From Callorhinchus milii (Eukaryota): 64,000 bases of DNA. The notes below the pieces were generated by a model, which did no database searches, had not been told where the DNA came from, and was given only the letters and a program-made list of their open reading frames with translations. The DNA is taken from positions 6,512,001-6,576,000 of the forward strand of contig NW_024704742.1 in the NCBI RefSeq assembly GCF_018977255.1, in the 5' to 3' direction. Shown here one piece after another: positions 13,806 to 26,064 of this stretch (within the stretch, counting starts at the first letter, position 1; every line of letters begins with the position of its first letter). The translations under genes were made by a program, and so were the position numbers.

Positions 13806-13966
13806 ATAGAAACATAGAAACAGGAGAAGGCCATTCAGCCCCTCAAGTCTATTCCCCCATTCTATAAGATCATGGCTGATCTGGACCTCAAGTCCAATTA
13901 CTCACCCTTGCCCCATATCCCTTGATACCCCGACTTAACAAATATCTATCCACCTTAGTCTTGAAA
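13806..13966 (-). mobile_element. CR1 LINE 3' end
   Basis: (ATAGAAAC)n terminal repeat and GGCCATTCAGCCC...GATCATGGCTGATCT, the reverse complement of the 3' UTR at 23250-23330. Confidence 0.88.
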
Positions 13967-15810
13967 ATGTGAATGCAGAAATAGGCTGAGAAACGTGTGC
14001 ATCTCTACTGCTCTTACCCCAAATATCGATGGCGATCAAAACATTTCAAAAGTTCATACAGAGCAAACTATTGTCCTGAAACTCAAAAAATTGTATCTGG
14101 CTTGTTAAACGCCTTGGGACATGAAAACGCTGTATAAATGTGAAATTGTATTGTAAATATGCGGGAGTGTTTAGAACTGAAATGCAATAATAAAAATCAA
14201 CTGAAACTCTGGCATTTATAATGGATTCCAAAAATAATAACCATCACATAGAATCTGACCTGAAAGTTTGCATTTTTCATTCCTGAATGTCTCGAGATTG
14301 TGAGTGTGTGTATGTAAGTGGTGGAGAATTGAAGGGAAAGAGAGGGGTATCTTTCAAAACTTTCCACACATTAACAACTCCATGGTGGTTGAACCCTACG
14401 TTCAGAGCCAACAAAATAAATAATATATAAATTGTGGAATGAATGATTGGCTTTTTGTTGCTATATCTACCAGAGATAACAAACATTTCCCTGACACTCT
14501 TGCTCTCAGGTGGGTTACGCAAACTTGCATGTCTCTGACACTGACAGGCTGAACCAAACTTGCTCCTTCTGCTTCACAAAGATCTATTGATAAAGACAAC
14601 TAAAGTAGCCGTAATTGTTTTATTTTTGTTTCCCGTAGTGCTGTTTAAAAGAGCAGGGTTCAATTCGTCAGGTGATATCTGAAAGCGTTCCCATTAATGG
14701 CGGTGGGCTCCTTTTATTGCGAGGTGACCTGAAAAATAAATAAGTCCAACCCCTGTGAACTTGGAGCTGTTCCTGGAGTTTATTTGTTGATGTACTGCGG
14801 TGTGGGTGAGTGCTGCAGATGAATGCCACTTTCTTCATCAGGCTAGTGGAACTCACGAGGCAAAAACAGAATTACACTTAGAAAAACGTACGCCTGCTGC
14901 CATCCATTTATCGCCTCTCTTGGGGAATGGCAAGATTGATGCTGTTATTTAAAAGGCTCGACGCACAGATCAGCAGGGGTAGCTTTGTACTACATATTAA
15001 AAAAGACTGAAGAGAAATAAATGACATAATGGGATATTCTATTTTACATTAGAAATCATTTTTAAAAACAAAGGACATCCACAGATCTTTCCCATTTTCT
15101 GTGAGAAGCGCAGAGAAACTGCAGAAGATTTTTTTTAAAAAAACACAATAGAAAGCACGCACTTTTTTTTGCTTCAAAGTGGTGCGTCATCTTGTTTCAA
15201 TTGCCCACCAGAGAGGGAAGATACAAATCCGATTCGGGAGGGTGAAAGTGTAGAAGAGGCGTGTTCTGGAATGCATTTGACGACCAGGTGCAATCAAAAG
15301 AATCCTGCTCAAAAGGACTGGGTCATCGCACTACCATCTGCTCGTCCAGATTTCGATGTGACACTTTTATACAGAAGCCTTAATGCTAAGTGATCAGAGC
15401 AAGTACATCAAAGCAGGTTAAATGCAAGCTCTGGAGATAGCAGTAACTTGAGAAAGGAGCAAAGGGGGGCTCTGATTTGACAGTCTTCTTTAAGCAGCAC
15501 TTACTGTCATCAGACTTTTATTTCTTGTTAATTCATTGGCATCCACATGCTTGAAAAGTTAATGTATGACCTGTTGTTCAAAGTGGGCTGTCTTTGGTGC
15601 TTCGAGCACTGAGAATCTTTCAGCAATCCATATGCACGTGTCTTTTCTTTCACAGAACATATGATCTTCTATAAATGCCTAAATGGTGAATATTGCACAC
15701 TAACAGGAATTACTATGGAGTCAAAAAATGACGCTTGAAATTCATTGCATCTCTTCTTTTTAATTTTCTGAGTACAAAAACACTGCTGCCTGACTCGGAG
15801 AACATTGGAG

Positions 15811-16157
15811 ATAATAATAACAATAATCCTTGCATTTGACATAGCGCCTCATCAGATCTTCTAGATGTCTCAAAGCGCTTCACAGAATATACTGTAAAGT
15901 GAATTGACTGCAGCCAATTGCTCACAACAGTGTCCCACAAACAGTCGTGGATTAAGTGATAAAACTATATTTATTTATTTTGAAGGAATTATTACTTCTG
16001 GAAAAGCGATCTGCAATCTATCAACTAGGTTCCTATTTACTGCTAGGTAAAGAGAGTGGAGTAATGAAACTTGTCCAACTTTTCGCCCTGCCGGGAATCG
16101 AACCCTAGCCCTCCGCTTGCGAGGCGAGTGCCCTAACCACTAAGCTACAGGACTCCA
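15811..16157 (-). mobile_element. Young SINE, long form
   Basis: Tail, Deu domain, long-form segment and head (..TAAGCTACAGGACTCCA) in reverse. Confidence 0.92.
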
Positions 16158-17119
16158 CTAACCACTAAGCTACCGGAGATGGGGTCCTTTTAAAGGTCAA
16201 ATTGTTACCAAGGTTAATCTTAATTTACTTTTGATTCCATCTCCTATCATACAAATGTTTCTGTTCAGATTGTTAGGGCAGAAACCATCAGGAAAAATCA
16301 CCAAGTGGAGTTGCCGAACCACACTGTGGAAAGAAAATTTCATAACATCTGTAGAATTATACACTTAGACCATTAAAATGGAGGGAACTTTTGTGGGTTT
16401 CAGATCACGAATATGAACTTCATCCCATAGTGTTAAGGGCAATGATTCTTCCTATTAACTTTCTGATCTTTGTAAGGGATCCTTACAGTTTCAAAATGAG
16501 CTGAAGCAATGACAATGGCTGCAACGTCCCATATTTAAAGACAAAACTCTTTGAAGGTTCATTTCCTCTCACTGGCTTAACCAAGTGGGAATGAATTCCA
16601 CCTTTCAGTATAACTGGGTTCTGAAAGCCACGTGATAAGACACTATATACAAGGATTGTTATTATATATTATTTATAACAGTGCACAACTCTATTTTGTA
16701 TCTAAGGATCCTGGGAACATTGAACAAGTGGAACACTATCCTGTTACCAACCTCTTCATGTACGCAGAGAAGGTCTGGTATGTCTTCTCGAATTACAGTA
16801 CTATCTTGTACGTATAAAAGATAACATACTTTGTAAAGACCTATGTACATTTCCCGATCACCAAGAATTGATGCATATATTGCATTTTGCGATTTGTCAG
16901 CGAGAAATGTCAATAATGGTGACTTGAAAGCTCCTGAATGGAGGGCGCTACGGAAATCTTTAGGACATCTTTGCTGAGGTAAAGAACCTTCAGCTCATTG
17001 ATTATTGAGGAATTGTTGAATGTTTCTCAGACTTACAGTGTATCTGTCCTGCCAATCCACATGTTATTGACAAAATTATTCTGGCAACACCAACAAATGT
17101 TACTGACAAAGATATAAAA

Positions 17120-17740
17120 ACAATACTGTCGTGATAATGGGAGACTTCAATTATCTAGTGATAGACTGGGAAAAACACAGTGTAAAGGGCAAGGAGTGGG
17201 AAAATTCCTGAAAGATGTCCAGGAGAACTTTCTTGATCAGTATGTTTCCAGCCGAACGAGGAAAAGAGCAATGTTGGATCTAGTTCTGGGAAGAATGAAG
17301 TGGGACAAATAGAGTGTATGTCAGTGGGAGAACATTTGGTTAACAGTGAGAACAATAACATCAGGATTGGAGTAGTTGGGGAAAAGTATAAAGATTAATC
17401 CAAGGTGAAGATACTCAACTCGAAGAGGGCTCATTTCAGAGAGTTGAAAAGGTATCTGTCCCATGTGGATTGACGATTGACAGGTAAAATGTTAAACAAG
17501 CAATGGGAAGCCTTTAAGGAGGAGATAGTTCGGGTACAAACTAAACCACAAAGAGGAATTGTAGGGCATCCGAAGGTAGTGCTCCCTGGATGATGAAAGA
17601 AATTGGGATTAAAATAAAGAAAGGAGGCTGATGAAAAATGTCAGGTTCTTAACAGAGTAGAGAATGAAGTAGAATACCGCAAGTGCAGAGGAGAACTGAG
17701 AACGGGAATTAGAGAGGCAAGAAAGTATATGAGAAAATGG
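17120..17740 (+). mobile_element. CR1 LINE ORF2 fragment (end of APE endonuclease and linker), decayed
   Basis: GTGATAATGGGAGACTTCAATTAT = VIMGDFNY; TTGGATCTAGTTCTG = LDLVL; CCCTGGATG = PWM. Confidence 0.85.
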
Positions 17741-18199
17741 TTTTGTACCACTACTCTTTATTCTGCCATATACAGTAATTTTGCAGCGTAAATGAGCCAT
17801 AATTCATCGACAGATTCTGCAACACTGTGCAGGCCGGTACAACTAAGACTGCCTAATTCATATTGTATACGGTTTTGTGTATTAAAATCCAACTTCAAAC
17901 CTTTTGCACTCAGACAGAAGAATAACCCCTGTAGCTCTTGGTCTATTTCTTTTCTCACCTGCACTCAGATTATCTATTCAATAAACGTGATGATTCCTGA
18001 CCTGAATTTTCATTTCCAACCACATCATCTGTAACTCTGAACTTGTCAATTTGTATCAGCTTCTAAGCTCTACGTATGCCCTCCCAACGAGAAAGGCAAT
18101 ATATAAGTGTAAATTGTATTGTGAGGTCTTGAATCATTCACATTTTTTGTTAACTCACTACAGTTATCCAAATACTTTATTCTTCATAAACCTGTTATA

Positions 18200-18410
18200 C
18201 AGAGCATTGGCATTTTAATCTCTGGAGTTGATTCTAAATCCAGCCCACATGCAGTAAAACAGTAAGAAACTGAGCTGGTCTCTCGTGTCAATAGGCTGTG
18301 CCAGTAGACAGTTGTCATTAAGCTTTGATCCTCCCATTACACATTAATCAGTCATCACAAAACCAACGAACACACAGAAATTAACACTAAAATTCAAATT
18401 TGACCCCTTA
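18200..18410 (+). mobile_element. Very old LF-SINE-like remnant
   Basis: Collinear blocks AAATCCAGCCC, GAAACTGAGCTGGTCTC, AGTAGACAGTTGTC and CATCACAAAACC resemble the LF-SINE consensus as I recall it. Confidence 0.4.
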
Positions 18411-18477
18411 CTTTGACTACAGCCATTTTCATGGTGCAGTGCTCAAAACCATGCCCAGTTGGGAAAGTCATGCTAAC

Positions 18478-18760
18478 GTCAGCTGTTGGGCTGAATAGTC
18501 CTACCTTTGGGTCAGAAGGTTATGGGTTGGGGGAGCGGGATGTCAGAGTGGGCTGATTTGTTAAACTGACGTCTTTTCTGCCTGGTCAGGTGTATAATGA
18601 AGATCCCAAGGCACTATTCAAAAAGAAAAGGAAGTTCCCCCCTATGTCCTGGCCAACAATCCTGTGAACTATAATTGGTCATTCACATCATGACTGTTAG
18701 AGCAACATTGCTGTGCATAAATTGATTGCTGTGTTTGACTACAAATACACAATCAATACA
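18478..18760 (+). mobile_element. Old DeuSINE family, internally deleted
   Basis: GTCAGAAGGTTATGGGTT head, AAGATCCCAAGGCACTATTC body, ATTGCTGTGCATAAATTG Deu domain. Confidence 0.75.
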
Positions 18761-18909
18761 CGTTCCTAGAAAATGTTGTTAAATTATTTGGCTCATATAA
18801 TAATAAAGATAACGTACAATTTACACACAGAACTTTCACTGCAAGTCAGGTCTCACCTCAATCAACAAAGATAACTGGAATAGATAGAGATAGAATAGAT
18901 GGCGTGACA

Positions 18910-19555
18910 AATGCCACCTCCGCAACATCACCCGGCTCTGCCACTGCCCCGCAATGCAGGCCGCTGAAACCCTCATACACACATTCATAACATCGAGGCT
19001 TGACTGTATAAACTCATTGCTTGTCGGCCTCCCCAACTCCTCCCTCCACAGGCTGCAGATCATCCAGAACTCTGCAGCCCGTGTCCTCTCCTGCACCAGG
19101 CTCAGTGATCCAATCACCCCCGTCCTCTCCAGACTCCACTGGCTTCTCATCACACAGAAGATACAGTTCAAGATCCTGGTCCTCACCTTGAAAGCCCTTC
19201 ATGGCCTTGCTCCCCCCTACCTCTGCAACCTCCAAACCCCCTGTCCGTCTGCTCAGCAGACTCCAGCTTGCTTCACGTCTCCCTCATCACCTGCCCCACC
19301 ATTGGCGGGCATGCCTTCTGCCACTCTGCCTCCACCTTTGGAATTTCCATCACACAGTCCCTCCACTTCGCCTCCTCCCTTGCCTGCTTTAAGACCCATC
19401 TCAAGAACCTTCTCTTGGACCGTACTTGCGATCCCCCTGCTTCACCCCCTGCTCTCCACCCTCCCCCCAGCTGGGGTCCGAATCACTGACTGTTCAGCGC
19501 CTTGGGACGTCCTCCCGATGTGAAAGGCGCTATGCAAATGTAATTTTGTTGTTTT
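18910..19555 (+). mobile_element. L2 LINE 3' end (ORF2 C-terminus and 3' UTR)
   Basis: AAETLIHTFITSRLDCINSLLVGLP...LQIIQNSAARV...ITPVLSRLHWL...FKILVL...LHGLAPPYL is the canonical L2 ORF2 C-terminus. Frameshifted downstream; its tail is shared with the SINEs. Confidence 0.95.
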
Positions 19556-20314
19556 TTCTACAAATATCTACGATGGGCTCATGTGTGATATTTCTTCGTA
19601 CACTCAGGATGAATCCAATTCATCATAATGCCCCGATTTTACTGCAAGACTCTTAAGATTCCATTTATTGCCAACAGTTATGCTCCCGTGGAATATGTCA
19701 TGAGATTGCATTCGTGTAGTTTAACCCTCCAAGGATTGCCAGGCAATCTCCGTGCCAAAGTAAATGTTAAAAAAGGTCATTTTTCTTTTTTACTTTCAAA
19801 GGATATTTTGAGTTAACCCTTTGTGTCTGCTGCAGCAGTGTTTTTTACACCAAAATAAACACGATTCAAATTTATTAGTTTATGTCAGAGGAATGTGGCA
19901 AGCTTAGACGTGTTGGAATCAATGCGCTTCTCAAATTCTATTTATAACACGCAGTACTGAAAATGGACCGAATGTGGTTTTTGCAGCTGCTGTATGATGG
20001 ACACGCTGTGTGTATTTTGAAAGCTGCAGAAGACATTGAGTGCTCAAAAGATTAATAAGTGCTTTGCGGTTCCATCATTTTCTCCCTTTCTACTTTGCTA
20101 TATTCAGTCTGAGAACTGGACTGGAAATCTCTTTTACAGATACCACTCAGCCCAACAGAAAACGCTGGGACAAATTTCCCACTGAATGCAATGATGCAAC
20201 CTTCCTATAAGCCAGGGTGCTGGTGTCTTGGACCTTGATGTGAACTATGATTATTGAAGTATTTCACTGTCTGTCATCTGCCTTCACTTTTGAGGAACGA
20301 GCGGAAACACTATT

Positions 20315-20590
20315 TTCTGTGGCGTAGAGAAGGCTGAGAGGAAACATGGCTGAGATTTTAAAATTATGAGGGTTTTTGATCATGTTACAAGAGAGACAAT
20401 ATTACATCTGATCAGCAAGTTAGTAATTGGATGATATAGACTTAAGGTAGTTATCAATAGAACAAAAGCAGATGTTAGGAGAACACAAAGAGTTGATAGG
20501 ACATGGTATGCCTTTTCTGGAACTGTGGTTAGAACAGAATCCATATTAGCTTTTGAAAGGGAATTGAATAAATATCTGGAAGAGAGAAAT
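20315..20590 (+). mobile_element. CR1 LINE ORF2 C-terminal fragment, decayed
   Basis: AGAAGGCTGAGAGG (RRLRG), TTTAAAATTATGAGGG, TTTGAAAGGGAATTGAATAAATAT; collinear with 22930-23220. Confidence 0.75.
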
Positions 20591-20942
20591 ATAGAAAGAA
20601 TCATGGAATTCTGCAGCACAGAAGGAGGCCATTCGGTTCATTGAGCGCTTTGAAAGAGCTACCCAATTAGTCTCACTCCCCTGTTCTTTCCCTAGACCCT
20701 TGCCATTTTTTTCTTTTCAAGTAAATATCAAATTCCACTTTGAAAGTTATTATTGAATCTGTTTTCTTTCAGGCAGTGCATACCAGATTGTAACAACTCT
20801 CTATGTAAAAAAAATTCTCCTCGTCTCTCCTTTGGTTCTTTTGCCAATCATCTTGAATCTGTGTCCTCTGGTTACCCACCCACCAGTGGAAAACTTTTCT
20901 CCTTATTTACTCTTTCAAAGCCCCTCATAATTTTGAACACAT
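20590..20942 (-). mobile_element. CR1 LINE 3' end, tail-to-tail with the previous fragment
   Basis: CAGCACAGAAGGAGGCCATTCGG 3'-UTR motif, followed by reverse-strand ORF2 C-terminal sequence. Confidence 0.8.
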
Positions 20943-22193
20943 TCTCTGTTCTAATTTAATTAAAAAAGAGATTAAACAGCAAAATGAAGAGATGCGTAAA
21001 TTTGTGATCGTATCATTCAAGGAGTTTGCAGAAACTGCTCACAATTTGGAATGTTAATCTTGAAATCCACATTGGGGCCACAGGAGTCTCATTTCTCTAC
21101 ATAACAGCACATGTCGAAGGTGGTTTATCTATATCAAATTCAACAGTATCTATTGTAAGATAAGGATCTACTCAAAACATTAACAAGTCTTTCAGTTTCA
21201 GATGTTGATTGTCCCTTTTATGCAGTTTTAAGAAAGATATTCTAGTTCAGATTCCCCCACACTGGAGTTTTTCTTGGGAAATTTTAGCTGCGATAGACAT
21301 TAAACATATTAAGGTTCAAACACCACATGCTTCTTTCTTCACTTAAGTCAGTGGCAGCCAATTCAGTTGTACAGAGTCACATTTTGGATAGTAGCCTGGC
21401 TGCTAAATACCATTCTGGTTACAATTAAAAACATAAATCTTGGACAAAATATACAGTTAATTCACTTTACACTATATTCTGTGAATATATATATTCTGTG
21501 AATATCATGTCTTCGATATGTCTCAAAGCTCTATATCAAATGCAAGGATTATTATTGTTATTATAGTTTAAAAAATGCTCAGTACCAATATTCTATTCTA
21601 GAAGGTCTCCAGGGCTCTATTCATCTTCACATGGGACAGGACTCAAGTAACTCATAAATACTTAACTCACAAGTTCTCTTCCCCCTCCTTGCCTCCCCAT
21701 ACACTACTCTTATTACTTTCTTAATTTTGGCTGCAATTGGTCATTTACCAAATTGGACATTCCCTTGCAGCTATTGGCAATAAAAAAAAGCATGTGTGGT
21801 TTATAAAGTAGCACAAGATGTGGCCTTTCTTCATTCCAAGCCAGCGTTAGCATTACTCTCTACCTGTGGAGAAATGGCTAGTAACAGCATCTATTGGAAG
21901 GAGATTGGAAAAGTTGAGCACAATCAGGCCCACACATTGCTGTTTTATTACAAACTCCTGCTATGCATGTCCTTCAGTGTTAAATTGAGTGTGTACTATT
22001 GGAATGAGAATATTGCATTTGCTGCTCTTTAAGGAGGCAGATCATTTGTGTTTGGCGGGGAAGGGTGTGGGGGCGGTGGTTGAAGACTTATACTGAGTTT
22101 AACCCTGTCACACACGACCAGTTTCCAATATCTTCTTGCTCTTAATGAGCTCTGAGGCATGATCAGGCAAAGATTCTCAAATGATTCCACTTT

Positions 22194-22554
22194 ATAATAA
22201 TTATTATAATCCTTGCATTTGATATATCACGTCTTCAACACGTCTCAAATTGCTTCACAGAATATACTGTAAAGTGAATTGACCGTATATTTTGTGGGCA
22301 AAACGTGACAGCAAATTGCCAGAGCAGTGCCCAACAAACAGTTGTGGATTGAGTGACCACATTTATTATTATTATTTTTTTAAAGGGATTATTATATTTG
22401 CCAATCAACTAACAAACAATTTCCTACTTACTGTGAGGTAAACAGTGGCATATGGAATAAGGAAACTTGCCTAAGGTTTAGCCCTGCCCGGGAATGGAAC
22501 CCAGGTCCTCTTGCTTGTGAGGCGAGTACTCTAACCAAAGCTCTACAGGATTCT
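22194..22554 (-). mobile_element. Young SINE, long form
   Basis: Reverse tail, Deu domain, partial long-form segment and head. Confidence 0.9.
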
Positions 22555-22769
22555 ACAATCTTATTAACCAAATATATGAGAAATACCAATATAAATGAAC
22601 ACTGGAAAAGAGTCTGGAATTGGAATCTGAGGGGTTAGCTCCAGTGGACGAGGTCACTCCACCTTTGCCTCCGTTGAAGCACTCCAAGACACTATCCTGC
22701 ATGAAGGGCACTATATAAATTACAACAAAGTTATTGTTGTTGATGATGAGTTAATAATCCTTTCATTTG

Positions 22770-23330
22770 AGACCGCACCTAGAATATTGTGTGCAGTTTT
22801 GGTTTCCATATTTAAGAAAGGACATACTCGTCTTATAGGGGGTGCAGCGTAGATTCACTAAGTTGGTTCCTGGAATGAGGGGGTTGACCTATGAGGATAG
22901 GTTGAGTAAACTAGTTCTATATTCTCTAGAATATAGAAGAATTAGAGGTGATCTTATAGAAATCTATAAGATTCTTAAGGGTCTTGATAGGGTAGATGCC
23001 GTGAAACTGTTTCCCCTGTTTGGAAAATCTAAAACTAGGGGTCATAGTCTCAAAATTAAGGGTCAGCCTTTTCAAACTGAGTTGAGAAAACATTTCTTCA
23101 CTCAGAGGGTAGCGAATTTGTGGAATTCTCTACCCCAGATGGCTGTGGATGCTCAGTCCTTGAACATATTCAAGACTGAGGTTAACAGATTTCTAAAGGA
23201 TAGAGGGATTAAGGGATATGGGAATAGGGTGGGTAAGTGGAATTAGGTTAGAAGATCAGCCAAGATCTTATCAAATGGCGGATCAGGCTCAAGGGCTGAA
23301 TGGCCTACTCCTGCGTCTTATGGTCTTATG
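22770..23330 (+). mobile_element. CR1 LINE 3' end (ORF2 C-terminus and 3' UTR), relatively young
   Basis: RPHLEYCVQFW...VQRRFTKLVPGM...LYSLEYRRIRGDLIEIYK...TRGHSLK...FFTQRVANLWNSLP with one stop at 22836-22838; 3' UTR GGGCTGAATGGCCTACTCCTG plus (TCTTATGG) repeat. Confidence 0.97.
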
Positions 23331-23739
23331 ATCACCTTTCACAAGGGAGAATGTCTCAAAGCACTTCACAAGATATACTGTAAAGTGGATTGACTTTTTT
23401 CTGGATGAAAACGGCAGCCAAATGCACCCAATAAAGTCTTACAAGCAGCCATGAACAGAATGAACAATTTTACTTGAGGTAATCATTGCGCAGGACACAA
23501 GGAGAAACTACCTTCTCTTTTTGAATCGAGCCATGGGATCTTAACGTCCACTTGAACAGGCAGAGATGGGACCTCGGTTTAACGTCTCATTAAAAGGAAG
23601 GCACTTCCAACAATGCTGTGCATTGCAGCTACATTCAATCGTCAGCTTAGACTGTATGATTTCTGAGTCTCGACGTGGGGCTTGAACCCATATCTTTCTG
23701 ACGTAGAGGCGAGAGGACTACCAAGTGAGCCAGGTTGAC
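23331..23739 (-). mobile_element. Old DeuSINE family, split by the CR1 (its tail end is at 22752-22770)
   Basis: AATAATCCTTTCATTTGA (22753-22770) rejoins ATCACCTTTCAC (23331); head ...CCAAGTGAGCCAGGTTGAC. Confidence 0.85.
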
Positions 23740-25202
23740 TTGGGCTGAATAGCTCCTCCTCTGTTGTAATTGCTAAGGTGTATAACAAATACAAGGATTA
23801 TTATTATTATTATGGTAATTCTAGGAATATGGGATCTAGTTATTGATAAAAAAAAGGGAATCATGCTTGTTGCAAGCTGTTCTGAATGGGAGATGGTTAA
23901 AGAAAGGAATCAAAGTGAGGACATGAGCTATCAGTAAATACTATTAGTGTGATCCCTTTGAATCCCTGGTGAATTCCACTGCTAACTCAGATTGTCTAGT
24001 CCAACACTTAACTGCTGAAATACTCCTCAAGGAGACTGAAAGGAATCGCCATTGTGGTGCCAAATCATTTAACTCGGGGAAACATTATCTGCTCTATGGA
24101 CAACTGTTTGAGCGCCCCATGAAAAGCAGGCTGTATCATTAAGGTAAAGCTAGTATCTAATATTACGGGGCTGGAAGTCCTGCGAGGCTGGAGATAAACT
24201 CTATAAAGTTTATGTGCCACTGGCCACAGCTGCTGAACAAGCGGTGCTGCCTTTTGTTCATCCCTCTTAACTCGCGGAGCATCTGAAGCAAAGCCTTTCA
24301 TGTTCAACTATGCTTTGTCTCTCGGGAGCAGAGAAGTGTAAGCTGGTCCCGACAGGTTAATGAGATACAGACTCAGTAAAGCCCCTGCTTGCTGCTCTAT
24401 AATAATATTTATCTCAGCAGGAGAAATCCATCTAACCCTTTAATACTTGGGACACGATCCTCTCTTGTGTTTGCCAGCACACTTCCAAAGATGGACCTTT
24501 TCGAACGGTAGTGTAATTATTGTAATTCTGTTGATTTTCAGAATTATCCGAGTTTAAATAATGACTTTATAGCTGCCAGCTTCACAGGGACCCAAGTTCC
24601 ACAGAGGCACATAAAACATTAGAGAACAACGTCACTATAAGAGACTGCTATTACAAAATCACTCATTATAACAAAGATTTTCATTTTCCCTGCTGGCTGT
24701 AGCTCCATTAAAAAACAAGAGCTAAGCTCAGACATAAATATGATGAACCCCCCCGGTCAGAAGAGTTACTTTCCCAGTCCCCACGAGCCTGGATTAATGA
24801 AGTGTGAGCGCATTTACATGGAGAACATAGATGTAGTTTAAGCACGAGACATAAAAACAAAGCAGATTCTGCTAATAAATATCTCGTCTGTCTGAAAGCC
24901 ATTTCATTTACAGAAATTGTGCAACAGTACCATTAACATGCCTGCACTCACCTCATCTGAGGCTGGACATGTTTTTTCGAAAGCCTGCAGCACAGGGATC
25001 ATGATATAAATCTTAAGATTCTACCTCTTTATTATTCAGTTGAAATCTGCAGTGACCCACAGTGACATGTCTCGCCTCCCCATTATAGAGCACAGGTAAT
25101 GCTGTGGAGAAATCCTGATCCTAACAGTGATTATTTTCCACAATATAAAAAAACAGAAGCAACAGTCTTATATTTACCTTGCTCATCTCAGCAATTTACT
25201 AC

Positions 25203-25632
25203 TAATAATAATTATAATGTTTGTGATAGTGCCATTCCGGTCAGGAGGTCGTCTCAAAGCGCTTCACAGGATTTATCTGAAGATCTAGCATTTTTTCAGC
25301 AAACATGGCAGCCCATTTGCGCACAGCAATTTCCCTCAAACAACAATGATGTGAAAGACCAATATTTTATTTGGGTGGATTAATAGCCAGAAACCTGGAG
25401 AAACTCTCTTCATTTTTCAAATAGTGCCCGCAGGATCCTTAACATCCACTTGAACAGTCAGTTGGGGTACAGTTCAATGTCTCATCCAAAGTATGGCACC
25501 TCCACCCAATATCAGCGCTGCATTGGTGTGCCAGCCAGCGTAGACTATGTGGGTTCCATTGCTCAATGTGGGGTTTCAACCCATAAACTTCTTATTCAGA
25601 GGCGAGAGTGCTACCAACTGAGCCAGGTTGAC
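25203..25632 (-). mobile_element. Old DeuSINE family, full length
   Basis: Ends GAGGCGAGAGTGCTACCAACTGAGCCAGGTTGAC; body and Deu domain collinear with 61884. Confidence 0.85.
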
Positions 25633-26064
25633 ACTTACACTTGCCCCCAATTTGTAAGTCTCAAGGTAAAGAGGTAAAGATTAGAGGGTCATATCCTAAA
25701 TATATATAACTCATTCTTTTGGTACTACCAACTCGATTACTAAGAGGAGAATATCAAAACAAATCACGGTTGGAATGTGATTTATTTTCACAGACAATGT
25801 TCTCCAGCACTACCCGAAACACAGACAAAAATAGTGAGCTTTCAGTCTCAGAGTAATGAGTTTGCCAATTAGCTGTGTATTTTCTTTTTTCATTACTGTC
25901 TAGAAATCAGAGTAAATTAACAATGGTGAAACGAACATTCAATCTTTGATTTATGTCACCTACTCTCAAATATCATAATATTCAATTAGTACCAGTAAGT
26001 CATTCCAAAAAGGTCCTTATTCTGTTAATAAAAATGATCCTGGAATTTAACACAGTTTCACAGC

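Noticed and set aside
16901..16978. Plus-strand exon candidate (TTTGTCAG|...GAG|GTAAAG) and CTCF-like GGAGGGCGCTA
   Set aside because: All frames hit stops, and only the 3' half of the CTCF motif matches
18954..19523. 189-aa ORF as a host gene
   Set aside because: L2 ORF2 C-terminus that frameshifts into a Pro/Ser-rich off-frame tail
22842..23246. 134-aa ORF as a host gene
   Set aside because: It is the CR1 ORF2 C-terminus: 5'-truncated, preceded by an in-frame stop and followed by the CR1 3' UTR
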